Positions 55,772 through 60,485 of a stretch of DNA of 60,485 bases are shown here, one piece after another. Numbering within the stretch: the stretch's first letter is position 1; every line of letters starts with the position of its first letter. The notes under the pieces are model-generated. The model saw only the letters and a list, made by a program, of their open reading frames with translations. It ran no database searches and was not told the origin of the DNA. Origin of the DNA: a virus (taxonomy: Duplodnaviria > Caudoviricetes); IMG/VR virus record IMGVR_UViG_3300022074_004529, positions 1 through 60,485 of that record; one strand, 5' to 3'. Position numbers and translations under genes: made by a program.

Positions 55772-56561
55772 TAATTTTTCTCCATACCATTCCGATAGGT
55801 GGATCATTTACGTAATGGTTTCTTATTATATACAATTTTTTAAGGAATGTCAAGCGTTCATCGCCCTCGTATTTGTTATAAATGTTTATTAACTTATTAA
55901 CATATCTGTCTTTGTCTATTGTAAATTCTGTCTCTACTGTATAACCAAACTGCTTTGCTAACTTGCGTACATATTCCATATCACAATGTCTACTTCTAAT
56001 AGTAAATCCTACTAGATTATTACTCCACCAAGCAAGACAACTTAAATGAAATGCAATAAGTCCTCTATCAACTGTAAACTGTTGAAGTGTAACTAAAGGA
56101 TTGTCCTCCCAGAGTACTGATGGATCCTCAGTCTTTACATTACTTGTTGTCTGTAACCAGGGTAAACGCTTTGTTCCTATAGCACTGTGAATACTTCCAT
56201 AACCCGTAACAACATAAAAACTACCTTCAGTATATATGTCTAACGCATCTTTAAAACTTGTGCCATTTTGTAAGTCAAAGCCTTCTGTGCCTCTACACAT
56301 ATCACCACAACCAGCATCTAAACTTCTATTTGTCTCGGGCAGATAATCCTGTATGTCTTGTTTTACTGTACACCACTGGCTTATGTCCGTTCTCTGTACG
56401 TCGTCCATTACCCTCTTACTATTGAAGTGCATAGTATTATTCTCTTCACATATAGTATCGTACCTGGGCTCTATCGCCTTATACAGTTCCAAAGGATTCA
56501 ACTGCCCAATTCCTTTCCATACACCACCAGCATTCGTTACATGGTGGCACTGAGTATTCAC
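55764..56561 (-). CDS. Degenerate SAM-dependent methyltransferase-like protein (start uncertain)
   Basis: SLDAGCG, GFD, YGSIH resembling 1222..1935. Confidence 0.55.
   Translation of the reverse strand: MNTQCHHVTNAGGVWKGIGQLNPLELYKAIEPRYDTICEENNTMHFNSKRVMDDVQRTDISQWCTVKQDIQDYLPETNRSLDAGCGDMCRGTEGFDLQNGTSFKDALDIYTEGSFYVVTGYGSIHSAIGTKRLPWLQTTSNVKTEDPSVLWEDNPLVTLQQFTVDRGLIAFHLSCLAWWSNNLVGFTIRSRHCDMEYVRKLAKQFGYTVETEFTIDKDRYVNKLINIYNKYEGDERLTFLKKLYIIRNHYVNDPPIGMVWRKIND
55825..55853 (-). promoter_or_regulatory. sigma70-type promoter TTGACA-N17-TATAAT inside the upstream ORF
   Basis: Perfect consensus 54 nt upstream of the carbamoyltransferase ATG. Confidence 0.7.
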
Positions 56562-57015
56562 AACTTACCGTTAAGTTCCATAAATCTAAAATATTAAGTT
56601 CGTTATATTCTTTATATAAATCCAATTTATTCATATTAAAAAACGGATTATTAAATGGATCTTCTATTGGATAATCTCTATCCTTTTTACGTTCATGATG
56701 AAACTTTAACTCCACAGGAGGATTCATTGTTTTACCACTTATCCAGTGTGTGATTAACTGATACTTCTTTTCTAATTCTGATCTATGGTATCTTCTTTCT
56801 TCCAAACGTTCCTGTTCGCTTGGTGCTATTACTACACAATGTTCCACAATTTTTACAGGTGTATTTTCCTTTAGCCATGCCACAATGTTATGGCTTGCCT
56901 CTACATTATGTTGACGAGTTTCACTTGCTAGTGTTAACAAGATTAAAGGATCTTTTTGTTTATATGCGAGTAATGCACTATCTGCACCACCACTTAGATA
57001 TAATCCTACAGCCAT
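56479..57015 (-). CDS. QueC-like PP-loop ATPase (short)
   Basis: LSGGADS PP-loop; PFF.MNK; TVSC....CNECWWCMER Zn motif. Confidence 0.7.
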   Translation of the reverse strand: MAVGLYLSGGADSALLAYKQKDPLILLTLASETRQHNVEASHNIVAWLKENTPVKIVEHCVVIAPSEQERLEERRYHRSELEKKYQLITHWISGKTMNPPVELKFHHERKKDRDYPIEDPFNNPFFNMNKLDLYKEYNELNILDLWNLTVSCEYSVPPCNECWWCMERNWAVESFGTV

Positions 57016-58085
57016 AACATATCTCTACTGTCACCAATACGTGTGATACTTCTAGCAACGTCTGCACTTATGCCATTATACTGTATATCACAATGGTCAC
57101 TGCCATAACAAATAGTATTGGCAGGCAAACGTTCTAAAAATTCTAACGAACTCTCGTGGCTCTGTTGACTTGTTTTACATAAGTTACTGGGCAAACGTTT
57201 AAGAGCTCCGTTCCACCACGCCACACCCTGTCCTATTTGTGGGAATTCAAAGTATTTTATATTTGTTCTGTGCCATTCATGTTCTAAGTCACAGTACTGT
57301 TGCCAATGATCCAACCATCTGTCTCCAAAGTAATCCTGTACATGCTTCCACACAACTGGCCAACGTTTATCCTCTTCAGTAAACTTACGTCTGTTCCATA
57401 AACCCATGCTTATAAACTTTTCATTTAGATGTTGCATCCAATCAGGCCAGTCCTTGCCGTCCCAATTATTAATTGTATAGCGATGAACTTGTAAACTTAT
57501 TTTTGAAATATCCACATGGTGTACAACTGTGTTTGGTGTAAAGCAATGATGATCAAGCAAATAATTAATAAAAAATCCACTGCTTACTGTTACTGCCCAG
57601 TCAACACAAAAAGCTGAATTATCTCCTAATACAGGTATTTCATTGTGCATTAAATATGTAATATTTGAGTCGTCAATTAAACTTGTAAGTAATGCATCGT
57701 GACTTGACCAGAAGTCTTCTTTAGTTGATGTATCTAATACATGAATATATTTTGCTGGAAATGTTATTGTGCTATCAAATGCAGGCTTGTGTACAAATAC
57801 GCTATCACTTAAATGAATATAACCTGCTTGCATTTTATCTATTTCAGGCTTATAGAAGTGTTCATATGCTCCCCACAAAAATATTGTACCTGCTCTTAAA
57901 ACAAGTACACAATCATATAGGTGCATGGGTTCATATCTATCCACAACATAGAAGTCCACTACATCATCTGTTTGAACTCTGTTTGTTCTCTGATAATCCA
58001 GACTTAATTGTGTATAATTAAGTGCTACATCATCATGATGTTCTTGTCCACTGCGTTCTACAACTATAGCATAATTAGAACCCAT
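57006..58085 (-). CDS. Hypothetical protein
   Basis: 359-aa Trp-rich ORF in operon. Confidence 0.6.
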   Translation of the reverse strand: MGSNYAIVVERSGQEHHDDVALNYTQLSLDYQRTNRVQTDDVVDFYVVDRYEPMHLYDCVLVLRAGTIFLWGAYEHFYKPEIDKMQAGYIHLSDSVFVHKPAFDSTITFPAKYIHVLDTSTKEDFWSSHDALLTSLIDDSNITYLMHNEIPVLGDNSAFCVDWAVTVSSGFFINYLLDHHCFTPNTVVHHVDISKISLQVHRYTINNWDGKDWPDWMQHLNEKFISMGLWNRRKFTEEDKRWPVVWKHVQDYFGDRWLDHWQQYCDLEHEWHRTNIKYFEFPQIGQGVAWWNGALKRLPSNLCKTSQQSHESSLEFLERLPANTICYGSDHCDIQYNGISADVARSITRIGDSRDMLWL

Positions 58086-58770
58086 AGTACCCCACTAATA
58101 CATCATGCTTTAATTTACTTTTAGGAATGTCCTGTTTATACATAAAGCCTTCCACACTGCGAACATACTTTGCTATAACATCATCCTCTTCAAAGTCTAG
58201 TCCAAACTTACGTTTGAAATGTCCTTTACTTGCCACATGTATATCCATTTCATAATCAAAGAATACTTCATGTGCTAACTGCGTTTCTTCTCTAATTAAT
58301 TTGTGAGCTGTATCATTATCCTTGTAGTATGGCTGATAGTGTGGATATGGAATATCTATTCCGCCCACGCTCATCCAACCATTAATACTGCTTTCAGGCC
58401 TACGTGCAACTACACATATTTTACTATCAGGAAAGTTCTCTATAATCCAGTCTATGTTATATATAAATTGGTGGCAACGAATAATATGATATTTTTCATC
58501 GTCCCATACAGGCCAACCCTTTTGTATCTCTGCAATAACATCTTCTTTTGTTAATTCATTAATTTTATGAAACTGCTCACCCAGTTCCTGTCCAGGACCA
58601 AAGTATAAACCCGTGTGCCTAACACCATTATAAACATCCTTGTGTATCATACATCGTTCTGGTGTTCTATCTGATATATCAGCCTGTACACAATCAGATA
58701 GAATATAACTAATTGCTGACCATTTTGATCCTGGGGCACCTGTAAAAAATATTAATTTACTTTCATCCAT
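58075..58770 (-). CDS. Sulfotransferase-like P-loop protein
   Basis: FFTGAPGSKWS, YFGPG, IIRCH, VARRP; paralogue of 1932..2585. Confidence 0.5.
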   Translation of the reverse strand: MDESKLIFFTGAPGSKWSAISYILSDCVQADISDRTPERCMIHKDVYNGVRHTGLYFGPGQELGEQFHKINELTKEDVIAEIQKGWPVWDDEKYHIIRCHQFIYNIDWIIENFPDSKICVVARRPESSINGWMSVGGIDIPYPHYQPYYKDNDTAHKLIREETQLAHEVFFDYEMDIHVASKGHFKRKFGLDFEEDDVIAKYVRSVEGFMYKQDIPKSKLKHDVLVGYYGF

Positions 58771-59477
58771 TCCTTTATCCTCCTATAGTCTCTTGAGTTC
58801 ACTGTGAGAACACGTTCATCAGTTATTCTACTGCGTTCTGCTGTATTTGCCTGAATATTTTTATATATCCAATCATAATATTCCATGTAATAATCTGAAT
58901 AATATTCTGTGCCATAGTTTTCCCATGCCCAGATGTCTCTAACAGTAAACTTCTTACCTAACTCTCCTCCAATTATTTTTAAACGTTTGCCATGTTCTGT
59001 ATCTCTGCCACCCATCCAATCATGTTTTAACCAGCCAGGAAACTTTGCACTTGTGTTCATGAAACGTAATGCAACTCCATCAGGTGGTAAAACAATATTA
59101 ATTATTTTACTTTCAGGAAAATGTTCTAATAAATCCTGTGGCAAACTGTGCGAACAATAAACAATATCCTGTTTTATTTCCTGTGCTTTAACTTTAATCC
59201 ACTGCGGTAAAAAGTGTTCAGCATAATATTCTCGTGCATCTGGAATAAAGTCTCGTACATAATCATGTGTTGGTGGCAACATTCCGTTGGGTGTTATTCT
59301 ATCAAAGTGATAGGGTGAAATGCTACGCTGTAATATTTCTGTATTATCAAAGTGTACGTTCCAGGGGTTCTTGCCATTGCGAGCATCTGAATACCAGTAG
59401 AAACGTGGCAATGTACAGAGTGTTCTAGCCAATCTGTGTCCAAATGCTCCTGGTTCAAAACTTACAAATAAAATCAA
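58752..59477 (-). CDS. Hypothetical protein, possibly sulfotransferase-like
   Basis: FVSFEPGAFGH, CSH, FPESKIINI. Confidence 0.45.
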   Translation of the reverse strand: MILFVSFEPGAFGHRLARTLCTLPRFYWYSDARNGKNPWNVHFDNTEILQRSISPYHFDRITPNGMLPPTHDYVRDFIPDAREYYAEHFLPQWIKVKAQEIKQDIVYCSHSLPQDLLEHFPESKIINIVLPPDGVALRFMNTSAKFPGWLKHDWMGGRDTEHGKRLKIIGGELGKKFTVRDIWAWENYGTEYYSDYYMEYYDWIYKNIQANTAERSRITDERVLTVNSRDYRRIKEWMKVN

Positions 59478-60148
59478 TCCTTACGTCCTATATAATAGAG
59501 TGTTCCAGACTCTTCATGCACTAGATCTCCTGTTGCAAACCATTCAGGATAAACACAAATAGCACCTTTAACATGTAATTCACTATCTACAATTTTGTAA
59601 TCACAATGGAATGTATCGCCTAATATAGTATATTCTTTATAATTCTCTGCAACATCTCCAGGCTTATATGTTTTATTAATAGCAACTGGTCCTATCTCTG
59701 TCATGCCCCAATTAGCAATAAATGTAGCACCCTGTTCAATAAATGAATTTATTTCATATTCATGTACAGGATCACTGCCACACATAATGGTAATGCCAGA
59801 TAAATCTAATTTCTTAAATGTCTTTGTTCTTATTATAGCTTCTGCCATGCGTGGTGTCAAGTGGCTATGCGTATAATCTGTTATTTTTTGTACCCAACTA
59901 TAGGGATTGTATGGCTCTATTGTTACGCTTGCTCCAACTTCATACGCTGGTAAAGTCTGTGCAAGTAATCCTCCTGCATGTTTTAAACTGCATACAGTTA
60001 GTATTCGTGATCTTTTTGTGATACCCTGAACTTTACGTGCTATAAAATTACTGTGTTTTATTTTGTAGGGATCCTGATATATCTGCTTGGGTCTGCCTGT
60101 TGTGCCACTTGTGCAGAGTTCAGTGCCTCTTTTTAGATATTCAATCAT
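59474..60148 (-). CDS. Minimal AMP-dependent synthetase/ligase (ANL superfamily)
   Basis: TSGTTGRPK, HAGG, WGMTE, WFATGD, YIGRKD. Confidence 0.8.
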   Translation of the reverse strand: MIEYLKRGTELCTSGTTGRPKQIYQDPYKIKHSNFIARKVQGITKRSRILTVCSLKHAGGLLAQTLPAYEVGASVTIEPYNPYSWVQKITDYTHSHLTPRMAEAIIRTKTFKKLDLSGITIMCGSDPVHEYEINSFIEQGATFIANWGMTEIGPVAINKTYKPGDVAENYKEYTILGDTFHCDYKIVDSELHVKGAICVYPEWFATGDLVHEESGTLYYIGRKD

Positions 60149-60485
60149 TTGTATTCTCCAGTAAGTGATTAAAGTTATGACTTACTCTTCTTCTGCCCTG
60201 AATACGTTTTAATTCAGATATAAACGCTGTAAAGTCTTTATGTTGTGGTTCAAATATCTGTAGTTCTTGCATGTCTTCTTTACTGTATGTTCCCCAATTA
60301 ACAATCTGTCTAAAATTAATACTGACGCTCAACCTGTTTGTACTATCCAATGGAATTACATCTTCAAGTGTATCACAAAACTCTGACATTTCTGTATAGT
60401 TATTTTTGCTTACTACATAACTAATAATTAACTTTCTATCTCTGTCCTGTAGTTCACTTAAAAATTTAATATTATCCAGTAGTAT
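60141..60485 (-). CDS. C-terminal part of a probable radical SAM protein (5' end outside window)
   Basis: Frame is open to the window edge: ILLDNIKFL...SYVVSKNNYTEMSEF...NWGTY. Confidence 0.55.
   Translation of the reverse strand: MLLDNIKFLSELQDRDRKLIISYVVSKNNYTEMSEFCDTLEDVIPLDSTNRLSVSINFRQIVNWGTYSKEDMQELQIFEPQHKDFTAFISELKRIQGRRRVSHNFNHLLENTND

Noticed and set aside
1-60485. Stop-codon reassignment
   Set aside because: Standard-code ORFs tile the window and conserved genes end at TAA, TAG and TGA without fragmentation
1-60485. Bacterial chromosome origin suggested by metK, folE, rpiB, tctA and csgG
   Set aside because: T4-type RNase H, clamp-like gene, late-promoter boxes, many small unknown ORFs and no intact housekeeping operons favour a large phage; structural genes are absent here, so this is not proven

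Overview
AT-rich, gene-dense 60.5-kb segment of a large dsDNA (T4-like/jumbo myovirus-type) bacteriophage. The host is probably an aquatic proteobacterium (inference). Nearly all genes lie on the minus strand with 1-8 nt overlaps. Phage-type genes include a T4-type RNase H, a probable sliding clamp, thymidine kinase and a MoxR-AAA/VWA-metallopeptidase pair. Two promoter classes are visible: sigma70-like TTGACA-N17-TAnnnT and T4-late-like NATAAATA. No capsid, tail, terminase, tRNA, rRNA or CRISPR features were seen. Main modules: (i) two blocks of tailoring enzymes (1-9.6 kb and 33.6-41.3/50-60.5 kb) sharing paralogues: a flavin halogenase, 2OG/Fe oxygenases, a ferritin-like diiron protein, sulfotransferase-like P-loop proteins, methyltransferases, a carbamoyltransferase, an AMP-ligase, six radical-SAM genes and a TctA/TctC transporter with a structured leader; (ii) a 7-deazaguanine DNA-modification locus (dpdA, queD, folE, queE, distant queC-like) with an embedded glycosyltransferase; (iii) a curli operon (csgF, csgG, two curlin-like proteins) co-transcribed with a FecR-domain protein and a CHASE2 adenylate cyclase, divergent from a Fis-type HTH gene across a palindromic operator-like site; (iv) host-derived genes metK, nifU-like, degP, psiE, rpiB, ugd, an acyl-CoA thioesterase and a PRTase. 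All calls come from motif recognition by eye; no database searches were run.
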